Below are positions 38,255 through 52,479 of a stretch of 64,000 nt of DNA, piece after piece. This stretch comes from Azolla caroliniana. Lineage: Eukaryota > Plantae > Polypodiophyta. Within the stretch, counting starts at the first letter, position 1. Every line of letters begins with the position of its first letter. The notes beneath the pieces were generated by a model. That model searched no databases. It was not told the DNA's origin and saw only the letters and a list, made by a program, of their open reading frames with translations. The stretch spans positions 20,460,001-20,524,000 of the forward strand of contig JBHGNT010000010.1 in assembly GCA_043228905.1 (NCBI GenBank), given 5' to 3'. Position numbers and translations under genes: made by a program.

Positions 38255-39412
38255 TTTTTTTTCCATAGAAATATCCTCCATTGGTATTAAAATAGTCCAC
38301 TATTACAATGAATATTGCATGTGAATGTGCGTTAGGTTTTAGACTTGATTTCAACATACATTTGAGACGTTGGACAACCTTATATCCATCTTGGTTTATT
38401 CCAAACATTCCATAACACATATCCCATGCAAAGAGACCCTAAAGATAATCCATACTTCACGGGCTTCACCACATTTTGCATATAATTCGACCAACACATT
38501 TTGAATACATATCAACCAGGGCATTCCCAACAATGCAATCTGTCTCAACCAGACCTTTTCTTTCATTATCACCATGTATTGACTTGCCCTTACCCATGGC
38601 TCCAATCCTACCACAAGCTATTAACATGCATGTGTAAGTGATAACATCCGGAGGTACTCCTCTTTCTTGCATCTGCCCAAAAATGTTCAATATTTCCTCA
38701 CCAAGACCACCACCATGTTTCATGTATCCTACTGACCAAGGCATTTCCAGCTCTAGTATATAGAATTTGTTTCAAGAGGCTTGTTGTTTCAATCATAGCA
38801 TGTATTCCCCTACCCTTCCTAGTGGATTTAATGATACTAGAAGCTTTCAAGGTACATGCAAATGTTAAAATATCTTGAGAAATACCCTCAAGCTGCATTT
38901 GCTTAAAGCACATAAGTGCTTCCACAACATGCCAATTTTCAGCATACCCAGGGATTTGCATATGCTCGAAACAAATCAATGCTTCCTCATGATGCTCATG
39001 TTCAACATATCCAACTATTAATATAGTCCACAAAACTACACTTTGGATTGGATGCTTGTCAAACAAATCTTGTGTTTGTGTTTAAGGAACCGTTTTTTGC
39101 ATACATGTTAACTAATACGTTGCCAATAACTGATTTTCTGTCTACAAATGATGCCTTTTCAATCACACAATGTATTTCTCTGCCCTTCTGAATGGCTCGA
39201 ATGTTGCTACAAGCCTTCAAGCTACATGCATATGTGATGATGTCAGGAGTAATACCTTCTAATTGCATTTGTTTTAAAAATTCCAATGCACTTTCATAAT
39301 GCTCATGTTTCATGTAAAATGTAATGAGATTGTTCCACAAAGCCTACATTCTTTTGTGGAATCACGTTGAAGACTTCTTGAGAATCCTTTAAAGAACCAC
39401 ATTTGGCCTTCT
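38255..39412 (-). pseudogene. PLS-class PPR pseudogene (frameshifted fragment), probable retrocopy
   Basis: P/L/S motifs are spread over several frames: AKCGSLKDSQEVF, WNNLITFYMKH, GITPDIITYACSLKAC, GNVLVNMYAKNGSL, GVPPDVITYTCMLIACG, GNALVDMYSKC. Flanked by a 16-bp direct repeat and a T8 tract. Confidence 0.9.
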
Positions 39413-40574
39413 TTTGTGGACCCGCTCATAATTTGCAAGCGCATGTGTTATTGTGCGACAACATTAGTGTAGAGCTACATCGAGAACATTAGTGTAGGGC
39501 TACATCCAAAATAATATACTTCTTTAGCAAATTATTTATTGCAACAATTTAGTTTCTTTCATTTATATGGTCCAGATGTATCCCTCGAAATATTGATACA
39601 AAATGAGATTTTTGAAGATTTGGACAATGATGATTATATTGACAATGAATTTAAAAATGGCAAGGACATTATGACTTTAGACTTTCAGTAGATGACAACA
39701 ATCATTGAAATGTTTCTCGTTAAACTAGGAAATGTTTGTAAATACTTCTCAATTCACGTAAAATTGTCCTATCAATAAAATGCAACAATTTAGTTTTCGA
39801 TTTCATTATAAATCGTGACATGCATTTGTCCTAAATATTCAATTTATAGTTGCAAGCAGTCCTTGCTCAATCTTCTTCATGGTTTCCTCCCATTAGTGCA
39901 TGCACTCATTCTCATTCATTTCCATATTTACTTTTCTTTCCACACTTTTTAACATGCTTTGGAAATTAGTTATAAAGCCATCTACCAATGTTATTTCACC
40001 TACTTACAATTTTATAGGTTCTCGACGAGTTGGACTAATTGAAGTGGATCCAAAGGATAAATACCCTAAACATAGAGACATTTTGTGTCATATCTGCAAT
40101 ATTAAAGAACAAACATGATATTTTTACGTGTACATATGTACAAGCGATTTAGAGAACTTGTAATTGAGAGACAAAGACTTAGGTTCAAATTTGAATGTGA
40201 CCTTAATTAGGATGCATTCACACTCATATGAAGATTGTAAAGGGATTTAGGCCAAAAGAGACTTTAGGCTAAAGTGTTCTTTCCTCCTAGTGTTTCACAT
40301 GCCACACCAATTATAACTTGAATGATCCTTCGAAATTCTCATATTCAGCTATCAAATCATACAAGGATCTACGTGAGTGTTCTCGTTGAATCTCCAACCA
40401 TTCCTTTAAGAAGTGAATATGAATGATATTGCATTTAGATGAGAACAGGTGGTAAATGGCCCACCTAGCTTTCAACTCATGTTTAATGCACCTCTCTCTC
40501 ATCCCATTTCCTTCTTCTATTCGCCGGATCAGAATTAAAAATATGGTTTATATGATGCGCTATTATGTTGTTGC

Positions 40575-40790
40575 CTCTGTGGATAATATGGAAAGCGAGA
40601 TGTGATTTTGTTTTTGACAATGTTCACATGCATTCACACACTATGCTTATTGACTTCTAGATGTTATTTGCCCACACATTACGTGGTCAATATGATGATA
40701 TGCAAGTGGCCTTTAAGAACCGATGGCAAGGACTTCACTTATTTTCAGATACAATTTTTTGTATGAAGTGGAATTAGGTCATACATTCTT
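40575..40790 (+). mobile_element. L1-type LINE ORF2 C-terminal remnant
   Basis: Reads LWIIWKARCDFVFDN...LFAHTLRGQYDDM. The W-x-x-W-x-x-R motif is typical of plant L1 ORF2 C-termini, and the segment is similar to the remnant at ~53300. Confidence 0.65.
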
Positions 40791-40809
40791 TTATGTTGTA
40801 TAGCTTATA

Positions 40810-40970
40810 TTTATTGTTCTACTTGTTTCATATATCACAACATATGCTTGACCATATGCTTATACTAGCCTTTGTATTAGAATAGAAGTGAGATGAGATG
40901 TCTCCATTAGTTTTCTCCATGTACAATTTTTAAGTAATATACTAAGGTGAATCATTCTCAAAAAAAAAAA
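40810..40970. repeat. Dispersed repeat family C (second copy at 49905-50055), possibly a LINE 3' UTR
   Basis: tattgttctacttgt...agaagtgagatga.atgtctcc...aagtaatatactaaggtg is present in both copies, each ending in an A-rich tract. Confidence 0.7.
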
Positions 40971-43492
40971 ACTCATGTTTAATGCACGCCACCCCAATTT
41001 TATTGGTTTGTGAATAGATGAACATTAACATCTTGGGACGTCATCACAAACTCGATAGCTTCACCGTTGTAAGCATGGGTAGGCATCTACATATATGATT
41101 TTGGCTTATATATGTATGAAGGGAATTTAGAAACATTGTGGTTGATGTTCGATGGAATCTTTCATTTAGCTTAAGATGATCCTTAATAGCCTTGTTTTCA
41201 TTCCAAATTAATGTCATATTATTCGACCCATTCATTTAAACTTCATTATGTATGATCATGCCTCTAATACCAATACATGTATGATCCTGAGTGATACTTT
41301 ATTGTCAACAAGAGATCAAAATGAATATATTTTGTGCATGACTTGTGAATATTCAACTTCATTGGAATAGGATCGAGATGTCTTTTATTCATTGAAAAAA
41401 GGATATATACATAATGGTGGTAAGTTGATGATTAATAAGCATTATACTAATTATTCATTTAAAAAATTTATGGATCTCATTACACTACTAATTTAATTGT
41501 GATGCCATTTGAAATGTAGTTTAGCATAATATAGGAACCTATTGTTTTTCAGTAAAAGTTCACATAGACCTTTTCTTACTTGAACGCAAGACACAACGTC
41601 AAAAGTTAAGACTGTCATTCAAACCCTCGTTAGGTGAATTCCAAATGTGTAAAATCTACTAATCAATCCAAATTGTAACATTGATACATATAAATAATGT
41701 TTTGATGTGTGCATTTACTCCAAGTGCAATACAACATTTATAACATAAGCATGATAATGTATGCTTGACTAAAGCATGAAAATATATGGATAGTGTATGT
41801 TAACAATGACCATTGAGCATCAAAGCTGGTAACAATGTCATGGTGTAGACTAAAATATCTATGTTCATGGGTTCACATTAACTACATGACGAAGAACAAA
41901 AATATCCTAGAAGTAATCATGTAGTACATGACAAATCTCTCAAATATTGATTCAAGTTGTGTAGTTACCTTCAACCTAACATGCACATAAGGGTGAAAGA
42001 TGTATTTTTTCAACAATTTGTCCCAGGAAATACCATTACCTCTCATTTCGAAATTTAGGAAAACAATGAAAATGCATAATTTTGTACAATAATTTACTAT
42101 CATGACCATAAGATCACATCACCTTTTGATAAATTTCTAGGTCTAAGAAAAGTATAGTTTTTTTTTTTGGAAAAAAATGAAAAAGAAAAGTATAGTATCG
42201 TCTTTCCACTACATATATGAAGGATATTTGTGAATTTTTTTTCCAAAACAAATTTTTGTGTTTATTGTTTGGTTATTTAATTTAATTATTGGATCTCTTT
42301 TATGGGTTTCAGACAACTATATACTGATCATATTTACAAACAATGAGAAAATGCATCACATTATGCCTTGTTTATTTTAAGGAACAACGAGGATTAGTTG
42401 TTGATTCTTCAACAAATACTTAACAATGCGAATGTGAATTGGTGTCCAAGAAGAGAATGAGTTTTTATCTACAATGTAATGGGTTGGGTTGGAAGAATGT
42501 AAGTGGAAACATGGATTAAATGCATGAAAGTGATGGAGGCAATTGGGAAGATTAAAAGTACACACATGAATCCGAGTGCCAATAGATATCGTATGGAGAA
42601 GATGCATGTACGAAACGTAAATGATAGGACAGATGATGAGATTAATAGAGAAGGACAAAAGATGGAAGATAAATTATGAATGTGTGATGGGTGTGGCCCA
42701 CAAATTGAAAAGAAAGACGGATATAGATAAATCCACACAGGACATACGGAGAGGGGGGACAAAGCTTGGTGGAAAGAAATGTTGTATCTAGCAAAGCAAG
42801 AGTAGGGCCTCTAGTGGTCTTATTGTTTACTTTATAAGGTGACAAGTCATGTGACATGAGATGCGAATGCCACCTTTATGATGGGAAAGGGTGGGGGACA
42901 AGGACAACAATTTGTGGTGAGCAAGAGACGAACTTATTCAGAATATCTTTCTGCGTGTGTGTTTGTGTTTGTGTTTGTGTTTGTATGTGGGGGAGGGGGG
43001 ACATAGGGTAGATGGACATAACTTTCATTCAAATAAAATGAAACCAAACAAAGGTTGCATTAGGTATGGCTAGAAGAACTATTATAAAGGATATGGCAAC
43101 TTGGGTGCAATGTAGGCTAAAAACAAAATCTCTCTCTAACGTTGTAGGTAGTGAACCAAATATTGGGTGTGATGTAGGATAAAAGCAAAATCTATCTCCT
43201 CCTCTCCCCCCCTTCTCTCTATAAGGTTATAGATAGTGAAAATAACACAAGTAGGGCAAAGGGAAAAAACTATCTTGTGTGCTCCCTCTCTCTCTACCCA
43301 CAGACAAATATATATGTATGGTGGTATAAATACACAAGGATAGGGAAACTTCTATCCTATGCTCCTCTCATTCTATATCTAATATTTGTATTGTTTATGG
43401 TAATCTAAGGATAGACCCAAGGAGATATTAGACTTAATCAATCTCTCTCTCACTCACACTCACACTCACACACACATACACACAATTTCATC

Positions 43493-43990
43493 ATGAAGAT
43501 ACAACAAATTGTTCGGCTTCGTAAGATGGTGAAGGAATGGCGGAGAAAGGCCGCCTCATCCACCTCCTCCTCCACTGGTATGGAGATCCCACGTAAGTTG
43601 GCACCGCCGGGACATGTAGCATTGTACATAGGGGTTGATGGAGAGAGGCAACGATTCGTGATAAAGACGAGTGTGCTCACACATCCACTCATGAAGGCAC
43701 TCCTTAGGAAGATGGAAGAAGAAGTAGGGTTCAAGCATGAAGGAGCACTATCTATACCTTTTGTCTCTCCTACTTTCTTCCAACACCTCCTCTCACTCAT
43801 CCACCATTCTCCCACTTCTTTCTCTTCTTCTACTTTTTCTTCCTCCAATTCTTCTCCTCATGATCACCATCTCCTCCTTCACCTCCTCAACCTTTGTTTC
43901 ACCACCCATTCATCCTCACCCTCATCAACCCACCCTTGTCATAACTCTCACCACCACCACCAACAACTCACAATTACATGTCCTCTTTAG
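43493..43990 (+). CDS. SAUR: SAUR (small auxin-up RNA) family protein, intronless, with Ser/His-rich C-terminal tail
   Basis: MKIQQIVRLRKMVKEWRRKA followed by the SAUR domain PPGHVALYIG..RQRFVIKTSVLTHPLMKALLRKMEEEVGFKHEGALSIP. TATAAAT at 43325. Confidence 0.92.
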   Translation: MKIQQIVRLRKMVKEWRRKAASSTSSSTGMEIPRKLAPPGHVALYIGVDGERQRFVIKTSVLTHPLMKALLRKMEEEVGFKHEGALSIPFVSPTFFQHLLSLIHHSPTSFSSSTFSSSNSSPHDHHLLLHLLNLCFTTHSSSPSSTHPCHNSHHHHQQLTITCPL

Positions 43991-46189
43991 GACACACAAA
44001 TCATATCAACCCACAACTTGTTGGTCCTTAGTAATGCACATTCCAATTTCCCAAATCAAACAACATTTTAATTGTCCTAATTAAGACACACTATCACCCA
44101 TATCATTGCCATGACCCGAAGAACAAACAATTGACTCACAATTTCATGCCCTAATTAACCATTATATGCCCAACCTCTCCTCCCCCAACCAAGAGAAACC
44201 TTGAAGTTTTTCCCTAACCAAACTTAGTTAGCCAAGTGATTCTAGCACCATCTCTAAACCAAATTTAGTGAGCCTGAGTGCTTTTCGGATTACTTCATTG
44301 CTAGTCATTGTTTTAAATTGAGCATTTTGCCCACTACTTTTAGAGTTGTTACTACCTAGCATAGTTAGCCAAATGGCTTTATAGCTTTTTTTCACCACTA
44401 CCTCTAAGCAAGCCGGTTGGTTTTTACTAAGTTATATAATATTGAAACATTAAACTCAATGTAAGCCAATCCATAATATTATATAATAATTGTTAAACTG
44501 CCTCATCATTTCTTATTCCCTAACGTCCCACGCATCAAGGAGCTCTCTTGTCAAAACAATCTCGTCAATCTTTAGTACTTATCAACATTCATTGTAATTT
44601 CTTTTTTACCGCAATAGTGTACATATCCAAATGATTTTATAATTGGAGTGTATCATGTAAGTGTATCATGTGCATTCTTATTCATCAAATATGTAAGTGT
44701 ATCATGTGCATTCTTAATCATCGGAGTATGTTTCTTTTTCCTGCAGAAATGATTAGACACTACTTTTTTTTCCATAAAAAATATGATTAGACACTACTTA
44801 AAGTCACTAATCTTGAACTATTGTCTATTTGGAACATTAAGTCCATAGAGCATTGCCTTCTAATAACCAAAGGTTTTGAGAGGGGATGCCCAAATGGCAC
44901 AAAAGAGGGAGGCCAAAAGGATAAAAGGAAACGTACTGAAAGAGAGACGGGTCACGATAGGAAAATGTTTTTACTTTCAAAATGAAATATCTACTTTGTA
45001 GTGGGCAAAGGCTTTTGAGGGGATCCAACATGGTTAAAAGACAGAGCTTTCAAGGAAGTGCCACATGGCAATGCTTGCACAATCGAAATACCACCCTTTC
45101 TCGATTTGCACACAAAGTACTTCAATTTTATAGCTACCCAAAGTGGTGTAAGAGTTGTTGTTTATACACCTACATATAATAATACATTGCTCATAACTTA
45201 TCATCCAAATTCAATGTTGGGCTTTTGAAAAGCATAATTTCCTTCAATTGTGATTGTAAGAAACTCAATTTGAGCCTTACTTTTAATTTACTTTTACATC
45301 CATGATTGAAAGAAATAATGATTTTATGATGTGGTCTTGTGGATTGTTGGCAAAACATGAAGACACACTTCACTATTGGCATGTTAAGATGAAAAGTAAA
45401 CAGCAAGGCTGGATTTTAAGATCAAAAGTATTGCCAAATTCATGTCTAGACTTCTTTAAGATAGTTATTTGCCATGATGTATGCTATGGTACTTTCATAG
45501 TGGATATGAATGCACAGATGGCACTCCTCTAATGGTTAAAGCATGATATCCAAAGCCATGTAAACCTCAACATCAATATCTATGTACTTGCTTTACCCAA
45601 AAAACACATTAATTATTTGTTACTAATGTAGGTAAACATTTGCATATGGGCTCAACCCGAAGAACATATGTGATGAAATTCCAACTTAGGTTCAGATAAT
45701 CACAATTGATGACATGCCATTGATATACCATGCAACATGCCATCATGGTATATAGAAAGGATCCACACATTCACACACATACCATAGTGACAAAGTTCTT
45801 AATGACCCATCATAAATCCACATATTCATGTTGTATATATACCTTAGTAGTGCATGTTGCATGAAATGTATTCGTTATCTAATTCAAACCACGATCCAAT
45901 TTAAAAACAAGAAATCATGGCTAAGGTACAACTTTAAAACATTGCTCAAAGGTACATTCATTCACATGGCCATAGTTCTGATTTTGATTGTTTCTCTAGG
46001 ATTGGCCAATACACTATCCTTGAACATGTGTAGGTATGCGAGGATGTTGAAGACAAAGTTAATACCTTGGTACCATGTTGTTCCCATGAATATTATATTG
46101 TGCACAAACATGTCAATAGTGATAAAAATGTGCACAAAGACACAATTGGTGTTCATCAAGTGCCACATGGAGACATACTGAACGCATCA

Positions 46190-46550
46190 TTTTCATGGGG
46201 TTACCATTACCATAAGTAAGTGAAGGTAGCTATGGATAAGTTTAAGCCTTGGTATTAATAATTTGGTATTCAATATATAACCAATGGAATAAGAAATTGT
46301 GCAGCTATATGCATTTGCCAACCATGCGTGGGACTATATGTGACCATATCTATTGTTGCAACTTGTATCATTTTGAAGACATAATTTTCATGGGGTTACC
46401 ATTAGCATAATTAAGTGACGATAGCTATGGATAAGTTTAAGCCTTGGTATTAATGATTAAATATTCTATATATAACTAGTGGAATAAGAAATTATGCAAT
46501 TATTTGTATTCACCAACTATGTGTGGGACTATATGTGGCCATATATCTAT
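46190..46550. repeat. ~195-bp tandem duplication
   Basis: ttttcatggggttaccatta...gctatggataagtttaagccttggtattaat...gtgggactatatgtg at ~46190 and ~46385. Confidence 0.9.
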
Positions 46551-47339
46551 TCTAGTTTCTTGTACCACACTTCAAATTGTGTTAATTTACTGACAACTTG
46601 ACATTTGAGTGTTTTGTATTTAATATGATGTCACAATTGATTTGTTCAAAGTTAGGGTTAACTTTGTAACACATATATTGTTGTATCATGCGACATTCAA
46701 TTCTTTTTCTTAACCATGCCATTTTGTTGTGGGTTACAAGGATGCTCTTCTACGATCATTCCTCGTGAGCAAGAATCATTCAAATCATTTGAGAAATATT
46801 TGCCTCCATTATCATTTCCAATTGTTTGAAACTTCAAATGTCGACACACAATACGCATCCCACCCAACTATGGGTTTATCCAGCAACAATGATGCAAGGT
46901 CCTCTACAAATTGAAGATAAACCGTTGGTTGATTGGAATTTACGAGCTCAGATGAAATTTTTACAACTAATTACGTGTAGCATTGTTTTGTTGATGGTCT
47001 TCAATGGCTATATTCTAAGTTTGAACAAGAAAGGATGGTACATAGCTCTTATTATGGATGATGACAGATCTTGAAACGTAGTTGGCATTCTTTCTCTTAT
47101 AGCAAAGCTCTTCATTTGGAGAGTATTGATTTGGGATTTGCTTTTGGATTAGTCCTAAAATTATGTGGACTAGTAACATATAATTGCTTCTTTTGCATTG
47201 TTCAAGTGGAAGATAATACACATCGTTTTGTACAATGACTGATTGCTTTTCATATTTGAGCTAGATTTCATTGATTTGACAATGTTTGACACCAACACAA
47301 ACGGGTGTTTACACAATTTACATAGGTCGACCCAAAATT

Positions 47340-47620
47340 AGTGATGGAGATTGTTTCCTATTTTGGAGATATTGGGGGTTGCATCATAATTGGGATATGC
47401 ACAATGCTTTTGTGTATGATGGTAGTCATAGAGTTAGAGCATCTCTATGAAAGTTGAAGGGAGTATTGATGTGACAATTTTCTTTTTTTGGGGCAACTAG
47501 AAATTCCTTCCTCGATGCAATGTTCATCTTTCCTATTTACAATTAAACGTGTTCCACTACCTTTGGTGATTGTACTTGATATGGTACCCCTCAATTGTGT
47601 AGTGTTTTTCACACACATCT
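47340..47620 (+). mobile_element. Dispersed repeat family B, copy 3
   Basis: Similar to 24460-24730, including ctcaattgtg...tagtgtttttcacaca. Confidence 0.7.
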
Positions 47621-50600
47621 ATTTATATACATACTTGTATGTTTTTACACACAAACCGCAACATAATATTACCAAAGACAAAGTATATTACAAAAAATGG
47701 CATCCACTACCATTTGAGGGATTGTGGGTGGATGGGTGTCCAATCAAACTTGTCCACCCTAGGTTCATGGGTGTTGTAGTAGGCATTTGGAGCTCTACCA
47801 TAAAATCTTAAAAGGTCATGATGGTTATACATGCTTTAAAGAAAGAACTACACAGTCACGTTATTTATAAGATGGGATCTTACTATGTCTTGTTTTGCTA
47901 GATTCACATTTAGGTGGGGTATAATTTTAGTATAGGATGTATAAGCCACAAAAATGTTTCCTTTTCCCTTTATTTCAGTGCAAATATTTCGTGGATTGGG
48001 TTCCATTTAGTTGTTATTCACTTTGTGAAGTTGATTATGAATTATGTTTTTACCTATAAGAAATAATTTATCCTTTCATTTAGGAAGTTCAAACCATATT
48101 TTGACTTGGTTCTCTACCATATTTCAACTAGACTTGACTGCACACTACCGAAGGTGGGAGACAAATGGGAGTCCCCATCATTGTTGTATACTACTGAGTT
48201 CGGATATGGATCATACCTTGGGTTTGAAGAAGAAGGAGACACACGTGTATGAAGCTAGAGCTTTGCCACACTATCAAAGTTTTTATGAAAATAATAAGAA
48301 ATGAACCCTTTCATGAAGGTAGTTGACCTTAGTATATAGGCTTGAACCCTTGGCCCTTGTTTGTTTTACGTTTAGATGCTTTATTATAAGTGGCAAAACG
48401 ATGAAACACTCTAAAGTTATCTCCCAATGTAGGATTGAGATAACTCAATACTCATCCTTTATTCCTCAAGAATTATCCCACACTTAACCCTAAGGTTAGA
48501 GAACTACATTTACAATTATGTTCGTAACAACAAGCCTTGAAGCAACTACATGTGCTACATCCCTAAGGGTCCCATAAGTATGTGAGTGGTTGTTTGACCA
48601 TTGTAGAAAATGACTTGGTGTGGATAAATTTCTAGGAGATAACCTCACTACTTGAGTGAGTCTACAATGATCGTAAGCTCTTTGTCATGAATGTCATGAT
48701 TGATCTTTGCAACGTCAAAATTACACAAATGAAAAGCTATTGGAGGTAGCTTATTGTCATTTCTTGTTTATGATGAAACGGCTAGGTCAACATGAATAAA
48801 AAATAGGTCAAAAGTAAATACTTGATTTAAGTTGTCAAACACTTCAACAACACGGGAACGACACTTGAATCTAGTCCTCATCCATGGAATGGTAGTCAAC
48901 ATTAGCACACAATTCATATCATGGATTGCTAATTTTAGTGCTTCATCAATTGCCAACAAGATGATTGGGCTAATTTCTTACATTATTGTTAGCCAGTTGG
49001 ATACACAAGGTATAAAGGTAGACAAAGGAGTTGGAGTTGGAGTTGGAGTCGGACTCGGAAGAGTATGAAAAGACAGAATTTGAAATGTAATTTTTGCGAA
49101 GTATAAAAAAATAGAGTAATTTACGAAATAGATGGTTTTGTATAAGTGTAGGTTCTTGCCGAACAGGCAAGTGTAAAATCTTGGAGAAGCCTCTCAGGTC
49201 GCCTATAAAAAGGGATCGAGAGCATTGTATCGTAATTGTTCTGTTTTGGGTTTTAATAAAATTTTGGTAGTTAGAGTATCTATTGTATCGATTGTTCTGT
49301 TTATCATTCTATCTATTTACTGTGTCGAATGATTGAACCTATTCTCTGCTACACAAATTATGTTTTAACTAATAGTCGATCAAGGATTGTATGTTCTAAG
49401 CTTAATATTAAGTTCTGTGTGATCAATGTTTACAAAAACTTCTGAGATAGTGTCAACACATACCATCTCCCAACCACAATCATCTTGATAGAACGTTCTT
49501 GGAAGTAAGACGTTCAACCTATTTTGTCTGTCAGTTGTCGGCATAACAACAATTATGTAGAGTTCTTTTACTACAATGATACTATAAATTCTTCCATCGA
49601 ATATACTCCATTATTCAAAAATATAAATCACCACCCTAATTGGACCATGCTTGAGCATCCCAAATCTTTGCAGATCTATTTGTTAAGGATCATCTAGTTC
49701 AACTCCACCTGATTCAAGTTGAACTTTCACACAATTTACACAATGCCCAAGCCTCACACAAGCTTGTTACATATCCATGTTGTCTAGAACTATCACTAGA
49801 GGTATCTGAGTTTCCAACTCATGATTGTGTCTAATTGTTATGATACAATGTGAAGACCACTATGCAATATGATACCTTCATTTATGTTGGATAGTGGATA
49901 GTAAGTATTGTTCTACTTGTTCATATATGACATCATTTGTATCATCAGATGTACTAGCTTTTGAATCTTACAAAAAGAAGTGAGATGAAATGTCTCCTTT
50001 TGTTTTTCCTATGTAGACTTTTCAAGTAATATACTAAGGTGCATCTTCCTTTAAAAAGAAGAAGAAGAAAAGACCACTATATCAATGCTTTGTTCCATTC
50101 TTGATATTTTGACTATATAAATGGCATTGTATTTCACATGGATCTCCATTTCCATATGTATCTTCGTATGGCTTTCTTTGTATCACAGTTGGAATTGTAT
50201 GCATCAAACTCTAGTATCCCATATCATATCATCCCTTCATCCACCTCCTATTTAGCTTGCAACTAAACTAGAGTACAAGGCTGAAGCCATTTTAGTTTTC
50301 AAGATCATACACAACTATATTACTTAGTGGATTGGACTTGGGAACTTCTTGAGAATCATGCTAATGCCCCAATTCTTGTTGACGGATTTCATCGTTGTTA
50401 TCCCAACATGACAAATTTCAGCCCTTATCCATTAGAATATATTGTATTATATAAAAATGTTGTAACATTTCATAATTAATCCTAGATATATTCACATTAA
50501 TGTAACATTCTCGGATATCGATGATTTCCTAACTTATCTATTTATCTATTTATTTATCTACATACATACATACATATAAACCCTTAACCCTAATCCTCGA

Positions 50601-50859
50601 CGTTGGAATCCAAATTGTTGTTTTTTGTTTGGTTTTGAAGATTTTGTATGAGAACCTCATGAACTACTCATTAAAAAAAAAGGATGCCTAGATTTAGGTT
50701 TCAAGAATTCCTTGATTCATTTACATAAACATGTATGGATAAAATAGTTATATATGTACCTAATCAAGTATTAGAGATGAAATGCCTATAGGTGTTAAGG
50801 GCGAAGTCTTTGTATGCATTAAGGAAATATCCCTTGAAGCTATTAAATAAAGATGAATA

Positions 50860-51580
50860 AGTGAAGCTTTAAAATACTTCGAAATGATGCAAAAAGAGAG
50901 CATCTCTTATGATACCATTAACTTTATTTGCATCTTCAAAGCATGTGACATATAGCAAGAGATGTGGAAATGGGCATAAAAATTCATGTAAAGATTGTTT
51001 CTAATTGCTTTCTATTCAATCGCACTTGGAAATGCACTAGTGGATATGTATGCCAACTGTGGTTTGAGTATTAAATCACAAAATGTACTTGATGAGCTTC
51101 CACTCCGAGATGTAGTTTCTTGGTTCATATGTATGCTACATGTGGTATGCTTGAGAAAGCAAGAAAAGTATTGGAAGAGCTTCATCTTTGAGATATGTTG
51201 TCTTGGTCAGCCCTTATTGTTGGCTATGCTCAACAAGGACAAACACATGAAGCCCTAGAGTGTCTCAAACACAGGGAAAGTGAGGGCATATCTCTTGACA
51301 ACATAACATTAGTATGTGTGATGAGTGCACGTGGTCACATTGGGCTCGTAAACGATGCCAAAATGCCTTTTCAGATTATGACCACAAAATATTGTATTTC
51401 TCCAAACTTAGAGCATCTTAATTGCATGGTTGTAGTATTTGGATGTGGGGGATAATATGATAAAGATATTTCAGTGATCAAGGTAATGCCATTTTTTGAG
51501 TATTCAGTCATATGGATTTCATTATTGGGTGCTTCTAGGAAATGGGGAAATGAGAAGCTTCGGAGATTATCTTTGCAATA
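50860..51580 (+). pseudogene. PLS-class PPR pseudogene running into an E-domain-like end
   Basis: Frameshifted motifs: LGNALVDMYANCG..SQNVLDELPLRDVVSW, SWSALIVGYAQQGQTHEALECL, ISPNLEHLNCMVVVFG, WISLLGASRKWGN. Confidence 0.85.
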
Positions 51581-52479
51581 CAACTACATAATAATGGTAC
51601 AATGTCATATGTTCTCATGGTTGATATATTTGGAAGTGTTGGTAACATGATTTGAATAAAACATTATTCTTAGCGAAAGCAAGAATATGAATATGCCATG
51701 GATGTTTATGTCAATGAGGATACTATGGTTGCATATAATGATCATGGATGAATTGATGAATTTGGTGGGTTCTGACATAAACATGAACATACCATTGATA
51801 TCTATATCAATGAACATGTCATGGATGCTTTTACTGATGAGATTAACTGGGATTTCTATATCGATGGTGGTTGTATATAAGGGAACCTGAATCTGCAACC
51901 TATGAACATGAATATATCATGAATGTTGATGAGCATGCAATGAAATTTCTGCCCATAATGCAAACATCTAGGGAAACTTGACATCACAAATCAAGGGTCA
52001 TGATTTTATAATACCAAGGCATATCTTTTAGAAAAAACAAAAAGAAAAAGAAGATGAATAAGTTGTACGATGTAATGATGAATTGTCAATATGAAGCATC
52101 AATGACTCATTTATATTAAGTATTGACAAATCAACTATACAAAGCATTGGCGAATCAACTATTAGAAGCATCAATCAATCATCCAAATGACATATTAGTG
52201 AATCGTTAACATGATGCGTTGATGAAGTGACTAATGATGCAACAATGAACTGTCTATATGATGTAAACATGACTTGGCGATAAAGGGGTAGCCTTGTTGA
52301 TTTAAAATACTCTTATCTTAATTTTGCTCACAAGTCATTTAGGATTGGAGTACGTGAAATATATTGTCATGTAATAAATGGAGCCAATGATCTTGGAAGT
52401 GTTCCACGAAGAAGGCATCTTTTGCTCTTCTTCTATTTTATCTTCCATTGTTGTTTTAGTTTCAATAGATTTTTTCTAC

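Noticed and set aside
49040-49360. LTR-like segment with TATAAAA and AATAAA
   Set aside because: No partner LTR, PBS/PPT or TSD identified; cannot be supported.
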